Below, in pieces: positions 31,161-40,330 of a stretch of DNA of 64,000 bases. This DNA comes from Ignavibacteriales bacterium. GTDB taxonomy: Bacteria > Bacteroidota > Ignavibacteria > UBA10030 > UBA6906. The notes below the pieces were generated by a model that was not told the origin of the DNA, searched no databases, and was given only the letters and a program-made list of their open reading frames with translations. Both the position numbers and the translations under genes were made by a program. The stretch's first letter is position 1. Each line of letters begins with the position of its first letter. The stretch spans positions 2,165 through 66,164 of the forward strand of contig JBBIRR010000023.1 in the NCBI GenBank assembly GCA_037441705.1. Direction: 5' to 3'.

Positions 31161-33470
31161 ATGAATCAGCCAATCCGCATCCTGCATCTCGAAGACAGTC
31201 CCTACGATGCCGAGCTGATCCAGAACTTGCTGGAGACGGCAGGCATATCCTGCACGATCGTTCGAGTTGATAATGAAAGTGCCTTTCTCGCCGAACTGGA
31301 GAAGGAACAGTACGACCTGATCTTCTCCGATTACTCCCTGCCGACGTTCGACGGCATGCGTGCCCTTTCCCATGCGCAGGAGAAAGCGCCGGATCTTCCG
31401 TTCATTTTCATCTCGGCTGCCATGGGCGAAGAGCGAGCTATCGACAGCCTCAAGCGCGGTGCCACCGACTACGTGCTGAAGCAGCGGCTTTCGCGGCTTG
31501 GACACGTCGTGCAGCGCGCGCTGCGGGAGAAAGAAGAACGGAGGAAGCGTCGTCTCGCCGAGCTTGCTCTGAAAGCAAGCGAGGAGAAACTCCGCTCGAT
31601 CATCGCAACAAGTCCCGACTGGATCTGGGAATGGGATGCCGAAGGACGCATCACGTTCGGCAACGACGCCATCGAGACGATTGTGGGCTACCCCGTTGCC
31701 AACCTTATCGGCAGGCCGATCCTTCCCTTCCTCCATCAGGAGGACGCGTTTATGTTCGCCGCCGAGTTTCCCATCTTCATAAAAACGAAAACGGGATGGC
31801 GCGGCAAACGCATGCGCTGGCTGCACAAGGACGGGAATTACCGATGGCTCGAAAGCAACGCGATGCCGCTGGTGGATGCCGAAGGCAACGTGATCGGGTT
31901 CCGGGGAGTCGATCGCGACATCACCGATCGCATCAAAGCGGAAGAGAGCTTGCGGCAGAGCGAAGAAAAGTTTCGCCTGATTACAGAGAATACGACAGAC
32001 CTCATCGCGCTGCTCGACCTCACCGGAAAACAGATCTACCTCAGTCCATCATACGGCACTCTGCTCAACAACCACGAAACGCTCATCGGCACTGATTTCT
32101 TCCGCCCGATTCATCCCGATGATCGTACGCGCGTCGAACAGGCATTCGCCGCGACGGCCGCAACAGGGCAAGACCTGCGCGTGGAGTATCGCCTTCTCGA
32201 CAAAAGCGGCAGCGTGCGCTGCATTGAATCACACGGCAACGTTATCCGAGATCGGGCCGGACACCCCATGAACGTTGTCGTCGTGTCGCGCGATATGACG
32301 GAACGAAAGAGACTGGAAGCACAACTCCTTCATGCCCAGAAGATGGAAAGTATCGGGACTCTGGCAGGCGGCATTGCGCATGATTTCAACAACATTCTCG
32401 GAATCCTGCTGGGGTACACCTCGGTGCTTTCGCAGGGAGTCATGGCCAAAGAGGCGTTGGTTAAGAACGCCGAGGCGATGACTGTTGCCATTCAACGCGG
32501 CGCCGCGCTTGTCCGCCAGTTGTTGACCTTTGCACGCAAGAGTGACGCCAACTTAGGCCCTGTCAGCCTCAACGTGGTGGCACAGGAAGTGGCGGAAATG
32601 TGCACGCACACCTTCCCGAAAACAATCGCGATCGAGACTCGCCTCGCACCAAAACTGCCGGTGATTCTTGCCGACCACAATCAAGTTCATCAGGCACTGT
32701 TGAACCTCTGCGTGAACGCTCGCGACGCCATGCAGGAACACGGCTCGATTCTGATCACCACCGGCGTTGTCGAGGCGGACGTCGTTCGCGCACGATTCCC
32801 TGACGCCTCTGCCGACGGATATGTTCGGCTCAGCGTGACGGATACCGGGAGCGGCATAGATGAAACAACGAAGGCGCGGATGTTCGAACCGTTTTTCACC
32901 ACAAAGGAAAAAGGAAAAGGAACAGGCCTGGGGCTGGCGATGGTGTACGGCGTCGTGAAGACGCATCAGGGATTCATTGACGTTGAGAGCGAGCTGCGGA
33001 AGGGGACGACGTTTCATCTCTATTTTCCCATTCCCACGCCCGGCAGCAAGCCGGCCCATGTTGAGGAGGATGTTACACAGGAGACCGCGGCCGGGAGTGA
33101 GACGATCCTTCTGGCGGAAGACGAACCGGCGTTGTTCGAGCTGGTCAAAGCACTTCTCGAAGAACGAGGCTACACCGTCCTCGGTGCGCACGATGGCGTC
33201 GAGGCGGTCGAGGAATTCAAGAAGCATGCATCGGAAATTGATCTTGTGTTGATTGACCTCGGCTTGCCGAAGCTCAGCGGCTGGGAAGCGTTGCCGAAGA
33301 TGCGCGAGATACGGCCGAACGTTGCAGCGCTTGTTGCCACCGGCTACGTCGATCCTGATCAGCGCTCGGAGATGCTGACCAAAGGCGTGCGTGATTTTGT
33401 CGACAAGCCGTACGCGCCGCATCAATTGCTGCGCAAGATCCGTGAGGTGCTGGACAGTCTGAAGCACTGA
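31161..33470 (+). CDS. Hybrid sensor histidine kinase (REC-PAS-PAS-HisKA-HATPase-REC)
   Basis: N-terminal REC motifs ILHLEDSPYD and LIFSDYSLP. There are two PAS units. The H-box is GGIAHDFNNIL, and the HATPase motifs are LNLCVNARDA, DTGSGI and GTGLGLA. C-terminal REC motifs are ILLAEDE and LVLIDLGLP. Confidence 0.9.
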   Translation: MNQPIRILHLEDSPYDAELIQNLLETAGISCTIVRVDNESAFLAELEKEQYDLIFSDYSLPTFDGMRALSHAQEKAPDLPFIFISAAMGEERAIDSLKRGATDYVLKQRLSRLGHVVQRALREKEERRKRRLAELALKASEEKLRSIIATSPDWIWEWDAEGRITFGNDAIETIVGYPVANLIGRPILPFLHQEDAFMFAAEFPIFIKTKTGWRGKRMRWLHKDGNYRWLESNAMPLVDAEGNVIGFRGVDRDITDRIKAEESLRQSEEKFRLITENTTDLIALLDLTGKQIYLSPSYGTLLNNHETLIGTDFFRPIHPDDRTRVEQAFAATAATGQDLRVEYRLLDKSGSVRCIESHGNVIRDRAGHPMNVVVVSRDMTERKRLEAQLLHAQKMESIGTLAGGIAHDFNNILGILLGYTSVLSQGVMAKEALVKNAEAMTVAIQRGAALVRQLLTFARKSDANLGPVSLNVVAQEVAEMCTHTFPKTIAIETRLAPKLPVILADHNQVHQALLNLCVNARDAMQEHGSILITTGVVEADVVRARFPDASADGYVRLSVTDTGSGIDETTKARMFEPFFTTKEKGKGTGLGLAMVYGVVKTHQGFIDVESELRKGTTFHLYFPIPTPGSKPAHVEEDVTQETAAGSETILLAEDEPALFELVKALLEERGYTVLGAHDGVEAVEEFKKHASEIDLVLIDLGLPKLSGWEALPKMREIRPNVAALVATGYVDPDQRSEMLTKGVRDFVDKPYAPHQLLRKIREVLDSLKH

Positions 33471-33489
33471 GGGGCAGCATCATGCCGAG

Positions 33490-34626
33490 CTATGCTGCTG
33501 GAGAAACGGATTCGGCGCGCCCGGGTGGCGTGTGAGCCGACGTCTCGGCCGGATGCAGCTCTGCTTCCATCATCGCTCGCATGCGCCGGAGCCTTCCATC
33601 CATTCGTACAAACAGTTTGTTAATCAGCGCGCCGATCGGCTTGCGGAGCCAGGGCGGCAAATCCATCTGAAAACAGATCTGCCAGATCAGCCGCGTGCCT
33701 CCTTCGCGGGGGATGAGTTCGTTTGTTGTAATACACTTGACAGGGAAGCCGCTGTACTCTGTCGCATAGTACTCGAAGGGTTTCCAGTCGATGATCGTCT
33801 CAGTGGAGCTCCTGCCCCGATGATCGCAGCAGTTGGATGCCCCGACGGAGGATCGTCCGGCCGGTCGCTCTCCACCCGACCAGTGCTCGTCGGTGGGACC
33901 GCAAAGCGTGCGCCTCTCGGGACTGCACAGCCAGTCCCACACGACTGCCGGCGGTGCCGGAAAGTCCATCACGTACCGGCCGTGAACCTCATTCGTGGTA
34001 AGCGTCTTCTGACGAATGGTAATGAGCTGCTGATAGCGTTCCTGCAGATCATAGCTGCATGTGCGCACTTGTCCGAGGTGTTCGTGCTCTTCCACCGCGC
34101 AGAACAATGACTCTACCGGCAGGCCGATTTCTTCTCGCAGACGATCCGTAAGCAGGACGTATGCCCGCCAGCCCTGCGCTGCGCCGACGGTGTTCTTGAG
34201 GAGCCTATGGGCGAGAATCACATCCGTGCCGACAGGCTTGCGCTTTCCGGCAACGGTTTGCATGACAAACGAGCCCGCGTGAGCGATGAACTTCAAATCG
34301 AGCGTGGGGATTTGCGCACACGCGAGGCACGTGCAGGACCTCTGCGTTTGCATGAACTCTCTGTGGTTGCGGAAGCGCAGGTACGTTGTCTCGATCAGCT
34401 CGAGCAGCGTCTCTTTGCGGGCAAACCGTTCGGCGGGCGCGTAGGCAAACACTGCGTCGCCTTCAATTTCTGCAAGCTCCAGCGTCGGCGTCAGATGCGA
34501 GACGACAAGATGAAGAATGTCGGCCAGGATGGCCTGCGAATGCTCCAGTTCCGTTCCTGCAACGTACGACGTGTAGCCGCTGATGTCGGCAAGAACAAGG
34601 TACCCCTGGAGTGTTGAAGAACTCAT
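33490..34626 (-). CDS. DUF2652-like (nucleotidyl-cyclase-fold) protein fused to an SRPBCC-like ligand-binding domain
   Basis: The N-terminus GYLVLADISGYTSYVAGTELEH...EIEGDAVFAYA recalls DUF2652 / the class III cyclase fold. The C-terminal roughly 150 aa (FPAPPAVVWDWL...WKPFEYYA...TRLIWQ) looks START/SRPBCC-like. Assignment is by eye. Confidence 0.55.
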   Translation of the reverse strand: MSSSTLQGYLVLADISGYTSYVAGTELEHSQAILADILHLVVSHLTPTLELAEIEGDAVFAYAPAERFARKETLLELIETTYLRFRNHREFMQTQRSCTCLACAQIPTLDLKFIAHAGSFVMQTVAGKRKPVGTDVILAHRLLKNTVGAAQGWRAYVLLTDRLREEIGLPVESLFCAVEEHEHLGQVRTCSYDLQERYQQLITIRQKTLTTNEVHGRYVMDFPAPPAVVWDWLCSPERRTLCGPTDEHWSGGERPAGRSSVGASNCCDHRGRSSTETIIDWKPFEYYATEYSGFPVKCITTNELIPREGGTRLIWQICFQMDLPPWLRKPIGALINKLFVRMDGRLRRMRAMMEAELHPAETSAHTPPGRAESVSPAA

Positions 34627-34753
34627 GGCTCACCCGTCAATGGTGCAGAACGAATCTGTGTCAGCTCGAAAGCGCACGTTGCAGGAGTGAGTTTTCAGAG
34701 AACATTGACACGGACTCCGCGCCCGCGGCAAGCAGACGCCGAGGCCCAGCGGC

Positions 34754-35095
34754 CTACCGGAAACTCTTCAGTGCCTCCGCCCGCGTGTCGTAGACATCAA
34801 AGACCAACGAGAGCTTCGTAATCACAAAGATGCTGTTGATGTTCTTGTTGACGCCGCACAGCTTGATCTGCCACCCCTTCTTCGTGTACGTCGTGTGCGC
34901 GCCTACCAAGACGCCGATTGCCGTACTGTTCATGTAGGTGACGCCGCTGAGATCAATGAGCAGCTTATCATAGTTGCGCTCGACGAATCCTGCGACGGCT
35001 TTCCGTACCGCGTCTGTTTCTTCTCCACCGATGAGATCGCCCTTCGGCTCAATGAGACCAATACCTCCTTCAAGCGTTGACGTCTTTACTGCCAT
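34754..35095 (-). CDS. STAS-domain anti-sigma-factor antagonist-like protein (SpoIIAA/RsbV family)
   Basis: 113 aa containing LLIDLSGVTYMNSTAIGVLVG. This aligns with the SpoIIAA DLS..FMDSSGLG motif and keeps a Ser at the phospho-site position. Confidence 0.8.
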   Translation of the reverse strand: MAVKTSTLEGGIGLIEPKGDLIGGEETDAVRKAVAGFVERNYDKLLIDLSGVTYMNSTAIGVLVGAHTTYTKKGWQIKLCGVNKNINSIFVITKLSLVFDVYDTRAEALKSFR

Positions 35096-35233
35096 GAACC
35101 CTCCGTGGGGGATGTGATGAGGACAGAGAGAAAGTACAGAATCGCATCAGCAAAAACAACGGTCGGGTGATTGCAATTCCCCAACGGGAAAGGTATCTTG
35201 TTGGTCGAACGATTCACGAACAGGGAGACCCTG

Positions 35234-35896
35234 ATGTTTCTCGGACACTTTGCTGTGGGCTTTGCCGCCAAAAAGCCTGCCCCCATGGTTTCGCTCGGCA
35301 CACTCTTCCTCGCGGCGCAGTTCATCGATCTTCTGTGGCCCGTGTTTCTGCTGCTGGGATTTGAAGCTGCTCGTATCGCTCCGGGAGACACGGCGTTCAC
35401 TCCGCTCGATTTCTACCACTATCCATATAGCCATAGTCTGGCAGCGGTTCTTGTCTGGTCCGTTGCGTTCGGCGGCGTGTATTATGCGCTGAAGCGCAAT
35501 GCGAAGGCGGCACGCATCGTGGGTGCCGCGGTGCTGAGTCATTGGGTTCTGGACTTCGTCACGCACCGCCCCGATCTTCCTCTGCTGCCCGGTTTCGATA
35601 CGCGCGTCGGGCTTGGTTTGTGGAATAACGTGACGGCGTCTGTGGCAGTAGAAGGTTTGCTCTTCATCGGCGCCGTTGCTGTGTACGCGCACATCTCGAG
35701 GGCGCGGGATAACTCAGGACGGTATGGCCTGTGGGCACTGGTTGCCTTCCTCGGTGTCATCTACGTCGCCAACCTCATGGGTCCTCCTCCACCCGATGAG
35801 ACGGCACTTGCGTACGCAGGATTGTTACAGTGGCTCTTCGTTCCGTGGATGTATTGGATTGACAGGCATAGAGAGCCGAAACCGACGCTCGCGTAG
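35234..35896 (+). CDS. Membrane-bound metal-dependent hydrolase (YdjM/DUF457-like)
   Basis: ORF 35171..35896, with ATG at 35234 (MFLGHFAVGFAAK). It is polytopic, with His-containing motifs YPYSHSL and SHWVLDFVTHRPD. Confidence 0.6.
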   Translation: MFLGHFAVGFAAKKPAPMVSLGTLFLAAQFIDLLWPVFLLLGFEAARIAPGDTAFTPLDFYHYPYSHSLAAVLVWSVAFGGVYYALKRNAKAARIVGAAVLSHWVLDFVTHRPDLPLLPGFDTRVGLGLWNNVTASVAVEGLLFIGAVAVYAHISRARDNSGRYGLWALVAFLGVIYVANLMGPPPPDETALAYAGLLQWLFVPWMYWIDRHREPKPTLA

Positions 35897-35962
35897 ATTC
35901 CGTACAACCCCATGCAATGAAACCTTCTTTCTGAAGCCGGACTGCATCATACTCACACCGCC

Positions 35963-36757
35963 ATGCCATACATCCGTTCGAAAGATTCAGCACTCTACTA
36001 TGAAGAGCACGGCTCGGGCGATGCGCTGATTCTGCTTCCCGGACTCCTCGGAACGATTGAAAGTCACTGGCGGCGGTTCATTCCCGAATTTGCCCGACAC
36101 TACCACGTGGTTGCCGCCGATTTGCGCGGGCACGGCCGGACGAACAATCCTTCGGGCGCCATCCGCCTTCACACGCTTGTCGGTGACCTGTTTACGTTGC
36201 TGGAAACGTTGGAGATTGAAACCGCTCGCATCTGCGGCTATAGCCTCGGCGGGTACGTGGGACTTGCTTTCGGCATTCAACATCCGGGCAGAGTAGCGTC
36301 ACTGGTGATGCACGGAACAAAGTTCTTCTGGACGGCCGAGGCCGTTGCCGCCGCGACGAGAGAGTTTGATGCAGCGACGATTCTCGAGAAGCTGCCTCAT
36401 TGGGCGACACAACTGCAGCAGGACCATGCGTCCGGCAACGGAAAGGAGGGATGGCGCGTGCTTCTCGCTGCGGCACAGGAGTTTCTTGCAACCCTGCCCG
36501 CCGAAGGCCTGACGACACAGGCCCTCAGTCTTGCCCACTTCCCTGTGCTCGTTTCCATCGGCGAAGCGGACGAGATGATCCCGCGCGAGGAGGCGAGCAG
36601 GCTTGCATCTCTGCTGCCCAACGGAAAACTGGAGATTCTGCCCGATACACGCCATCCCATGCAGCGCGTTCAGAAAACACTGTTCCTTGAGCGCGTTCTT
36701 CCGTTCTTCGCTACATCTTCACACGAGCAAGCTTTGCTGAAGAGGAACGAATCGTAA
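35963..36757 (+). CDS. Alpha/beta-fold hydrolase
   Basis: 264 aa with LLPGLLG (oxyanion region), nucleophile elbow GYSLGG, and C-terminal D and H (EADEMIP, PDTRHPM). Confidence 0.8.
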   Translation: MPYIRSKDSALYYEEHGSGDALILLPGLLGTIESHWRRFIPEFARHYHVVAADLRGHGRTNNPSGAIRLHTLVGDLFTLLETLEIETARICGYSLGGYVGLAFGIQHPGRVASLVMHGTKFFWTAEAVAAATREFDAATILEKLPHWATQLQQDHASGNGKEGWRVLLAAAQEFLATLPAEGLTTQALSLAHFPVLVSIGEADEMIPREEASRLASLLPNGKLEILPDTRHPMQRVQKTLFLERVLPFFATSSHEQALLKRNES

Positions 36758-36793
36758 GCTTCAGTTTTCATCCACTTCTTCAAGGAGACCGTG

Positions 36794-37090
36794 ATGCAAA
36801 CCCTCACCCGCCGCACGTTTACCAAAACAGTTCTCGGTGCCTTGCCGCTGATGCACGAATCGCTCCGGCAGGTTCAGAGCGAGGAGGCGAAGTCTGTTGT
36901 GCATCTGCCCGATCGTGTTGCCGGCTACCTGATGACGCCTGAGGAGCGTCGGCTTGCGCTGACGTTTCTTGAGAATCATGAAAAGAATTTGCAGCCGCTG
37001 CGCGATCGAGAGCTTCCCAACTCTCTCGCTCCCAGCTTCGTCTTTGCCAGTCTGATCATCAATGGGGAAGAGGGAGCCGCCCGCAAATGA
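36794..37090 (+). CDS. Small protein with twin-arginine (Tat) signal-like N-terminus, translationally coupled to the amidase
   Basis: AAGGAG lies 6 nt upstream of ATG 36794. MQTLTRRTFTKTVLGALPL fits the Tat pattern (T-R-R-x-F-x-K plus a hydrophobic stretch). Its stop overlaps the amidase start (ATGA at 37087-37090). Confidence 0.55.
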   Translation: MQTLTRRTFTKTVLGALPLMHESLRQVQSEEAKSVVHLPDRVAGYLMTPEERRLALTFLENHEKNLQPLRDRELPNSLAPSFVFASLIINGEEGAARK

Positions 37091-38478
37091 TCTCGGACGA
37101 CATTCTCTTCTCTCCCATCTCAGAACTTTCCAGACTTCTCAAGAGAGGAAAACTCTCGCCCGTCGAGCTGACGCAGGCGTATCTGAAGCGTATCGAGAGA
37201 ATCTCACCCAGGCTGAATGCTTTTGTCACCGTCACGAGAGAGCTTGCGTTGGAGCAGGCTCAGCAGGCCGAACGCGAACTGATCGCGGGTCTGTATCGTG
37301 GTCCCCTGCACGGCATCCCCTACGCTGCCAAGGATTTGTTTGCGGTGAAAGGCTACCCCACGACGTGGGGCGCAAAGCCGTATGCTGCTCAGAGGATTGA
37401 TGAGGATGCAACGGTGATTGCGAAGCTGCGCGACGCAGGCGCGATTCTCCTGGGCAAGGCTGCGATGAGCGAGCTTGCGGGCGGACCGCCGACGGCTTCG
37501 GCGACGGGTGCATGCAGGACGCCGTGGGATACGACGCGCTGGTCGGGCGGCTCATCCAGCGGCTCGGGTGCTGCGGTTGCCGCCGGCTTGTGTGCCTTTG
37601 CGCTCGGGACGGAGACCTGGGGTTCGATCATGACGCCGTCGTCGTTCTGCGGCATTACGGGGCTGCGGCCGACGTTCGGACGCATCAGCCGGGCAGGAGC
37701 AATGGCGCTCTCGTGGACGATGGACAAGGTTGGCCCGATGTGCCGCACGGCGATGGATTGCGCTGCCGTGCTTGCTGTCCTGCACGGCAAAGATGATGCT
37801 GATGCCATGACGGTGCGTGCCCCCTTCAAGGTGACGTTTACGAAAGCACGGGAGCTTGTGCGCGCGTTCCGTGTCGGATTTGTACGAGAAGATTATGCGC
37901 AATGGGGAGAGCCGGATGTTGCTGCGGCGTTCACGAACGCGCTCGAGGTGTTCAAGACACTCGGCATCGAGGCGACGGAGGTGACACTTCCCGACTATCC
38001 CTACGAAACGATCGCCGCGACGATCATTGCCGCCGAGGAGGCATCGGCATTCGAGTCGTTGGTACGCGCAGGCAAAGTCGCCGGCATTCTTGATCCCGAT
38101 CGACGCGGCGAACTGCTCGGCGCGCAAGTCATCTCTGCTACCGACTATCTCCGCTGCCAACGGATTCGCTCGCTCATCTGTCGCGACATTGCAGAGCTTT
38201 TCACGCGGTACGACATCATCCTCGGCTCCAGCACGCTTCAATGCGCGCCTCCGATCGAAGCGAGCATGGCAGAAATCTTCGGCGGCGGCAATACCATCGA
38301 AGCGGTGGAGAATCTTGTGGGTTTGCCTGCCGTGTCCGTCCCGTGCGGCTTCAACTCCAGGAATCTTCCCATCGGACTGAAAATCATCGGGCGACCATTC
38401 CGCGAGGCCGACGTGCTGCACATGGCGCATGTGTATCAGTCGGTTACCGAGTGGCACAGAAGGCGACCACGCGTGTAA
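37087..38478 (+). CDS. Amidase-signature family amidase (GatA-like)
   Basis: 463 aa with the AS signature GGSSSGSGAAVAAGLCAFALGTETWGS and the GIPYAAKD Lys motif. No signal peptide of its own is recognisable. Confidence 0.9.
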   Translation: MISDDILFSPISELSRLLKRGKLSPVELTQAYLKRIERISPRLNAFVTVTRELALEQAQQAERELIAGLYRGPLHGIPYAAKDLFAVKGYPTTWGAKPYAAQRIDEDATVIAKLRDAGAILLGKAAMSELAGGPPTASATGACRTPWDTTRWSGGSSSGSGAAVAAGLCAFALGTETWGSIMTPSSFCGITGLRPTFGRISRAGAMALSWTMDKVGPMCRTAMDCAAVLAVLHGKDDADAMTVRAPFKVTFTKARELVRAFRVGFVREDYAQWGEPDVAAAFTNALEVFKTLGIEATEVTLPDYPYETIAATIIAAEEASAFESLVRAGKVAGILDPDRRGELLGAQVISATDYLRCQRIRSLICRDIAELFTRYDIILGSSTLQCAPPIEASMAEIFGGGNTIEAVENLVGLPAVSVPCGFNSRNLPIGLKIIGRPFREADVLHMAHVYQSVTEWHRRRPRV

Positions 38479-38617
38479 CGCAGAGAGTCGCGGCCTTTCT
38501 TGATTTTTTTCCCCGACGTGCGTAGATTTTTTTCCGCTCAATTCACCGTGTAGTGAGGCTGAACATTGTGAGGCGTCTTGCCTCGTGCCCATCGTATAAC
38601 AACCAACTGTTTGTCAC

Positions 38618-39562
38618 ATGTCCATAGCAGTTCGCAATCTGACGAAACTGTACGGCGACCAGAAAGCCATTGACGGGATTTCGTTCGATGTCAAGACAGG
38701 AGAGATTCTCGGCTTTCTGGGTCCCAACGGGGCGGGTAAAACCACCACGATGAAGATCATCACGTGCTACATGCCCCCCAACGCCGGCACCGTAGAGGTA
38801 GACGGCCTGAACATCGAAGAACATTCGCTCGCGGTGCGCAGAAAGATCGGGTACCTCCCGGAGAACAATCCGCTCTATCATGAGATGAATGTGTTAGAGT
38901 ATCTGGAGTACGCTGCCGAACTTCACGGCATGCAGCGTTCTCACATCCCGCACCGGATTAAGGAGATGGTGCATGTATGCGGATTGGAGACCGTGCGGCA
39001 CAAAGATATCGGCGAATTGTCCAAAGGCTTTCGTCAGCGCGTCGGGCTTGCGCAGGCCATGATTCATGATCCTGATGTGCTCATTCTTGACGAGCCGACG
39101 AGCGGGCTTGATCCCAATCAGATTGTCGAGATTCGCAACCTCATCAAGCAACTCGGCCGCGCCAAGACCGTCATTCTCTCCACCCACATTCTGCCCGAAG
39201 TCCAGGCAACGTGCGACCGCGTCTTGATTATCAACGAAGGCAAGATCGTTGCCGACGGGACACCCGAGCAGTTGCAGCAGGAATTCCGCGGCTCCGAGTC
39301 GCTGACCCTGGAGCTGCTGACCAATGGCGCGGATGCGCTGCAGCAAATCTCTCCTAAACTTCGTGCACTGCACGGCGTGGGAAGCGTAGAACTTCTCGGT
39401 CAGAAGAACGGTACGGCCCGCTTCATGCTGCACGTGGAGAAGGGTGCCGACGTGCGCGCCGACGTTTTCCGCAAGGCGGTGGTCGAGGGGTGGGTGATTC
39501 TGGAAATGCACCGGAAGGCAACCACGCTCGAAGAAGTGTTCCACAAGCTGACGGCGGGATAG
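38618..39562 (+). CDS. ABC transporter ATP-binding protein (GldA-like, ABC-2 type)
   Basis: Walker A GPNGAGKTT, signature LSKGFRQR and Walker B LILDEPTSGLD. Confidence 0.9.
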   Translation: MSIAVRNLTKLYGDQKAIDGISFDVKTGEILGFLGPNGAGKTTTMKIITCYMPPNAGTVEVDGLNIEEHSLAVRRKIGYLPENNPLYHEMNVLEYLEYAAELHGMQRSHIPHRIKEMVHVCGLETVRHKDIGELSKGFRQRVGLAQAMIHDPDVLILDEPTSGLDPNQIVEIRNLIKQLGRAKTVILSTHILPEVQATCDRVLIINEGKIVADGTPEQLQQEFRGSESLTLELLTNGADALQQISPKLRALHGVGSVELLGQKNGTARFMLHVEKGADVRADVFRKAVVEGWVILEMHRKATTLEEVFHKLTAG

Positions 39563-39605
39563 CAGCGGTTCGGTAGAAATTGTTCCAACCATCTCATGTG
39601 AAGAT

Positions 39606-40328
39606 ATGAAAGCATTTCCCAACATACTCCCGATCTTCCGACGGGAACTCAAGAGTTACTTCAATTCGCCGGTGGCGTACGTGGTCATCGTCGTGTTTCT
39701 GGCGATCCTCGGCTGGTTCTTTTCCAACAATCTGTTTCTGAACAACGTTGCATCGCTGTACATCATTTTCGATTCGCCTCTGGTGCGCATTCTCTTTCTG
39801 GTGATCGCGCCGGCGATCACGATGCGCTTGCTCGCGGAAGAGTTGAAATCCGGCACGATCGAGTTACTGACCACCAAGCCGGTGAAGGACGTGGAGATTA
39901 TCGTGGGCAAATTCCTGGCCGCGTGGGTTGTCCTCGGCGCCGCACTGCTGCCGACGTTCCTGTACGTGCTGACGATGGCAGTGCTTGGCTCGATTGATGT
40001 CGGCGCAGTCTTCAGCGGGTACCTCGGCCTCCTGCTGATGGGGGGCGTGTTCATCGCTCTCGGCCTGCTGGCATCGAGCCTCACCGAGAACCAGATCGTT
40101 GCGTTCATTCTGGGTTTCATCTTCGTCTTTGCGCTGTTCATGATCGACAAGGTGCTGCCGTACCTGCCGACGTTTATGGCGTCCACGTTAGAGTTTATAG
40201 GGGTAGATTTCCATTACTCGAGCATTGCGCGCGGCGTCATCGATTCGCGCAATCTCATCTACTTCGCTTCGATTCTCTTCTTCTCGCTTATGCTGGCAAC
40301 CGTTTCTCTTGAACGACGGAAGTGGTGA
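39606..40328 (+). CDS. ABC-2 type transporter permease (GldF-like)
   Basis: 240 aa with about 6 TM helices. It sits directly between the ATPase and the GldG-like gene. Confidence 0.8.
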   Translation: MKAFPNILPIFRRELKSYFNSPVAYVVIVVFLAILGWFFSNNLFLNNVASLYIIFDSPLVRILFLVIAPAITMRLLAEELKSGTIELLTTKPVKDVEIIVGKFLAAWVVLGAALLPTFLYVLTMAVLGSIDVGAVFSGYLGLLLMGGVFIALGLLASSLTENQIVAFILGFIFVFALFMIDKVLPYLPTFMASTLEFIGVDFHYSSIARGVIDSRNLIYFASILFFSLMLATVSLERRKW

Positions 40329-40330
40329 CT

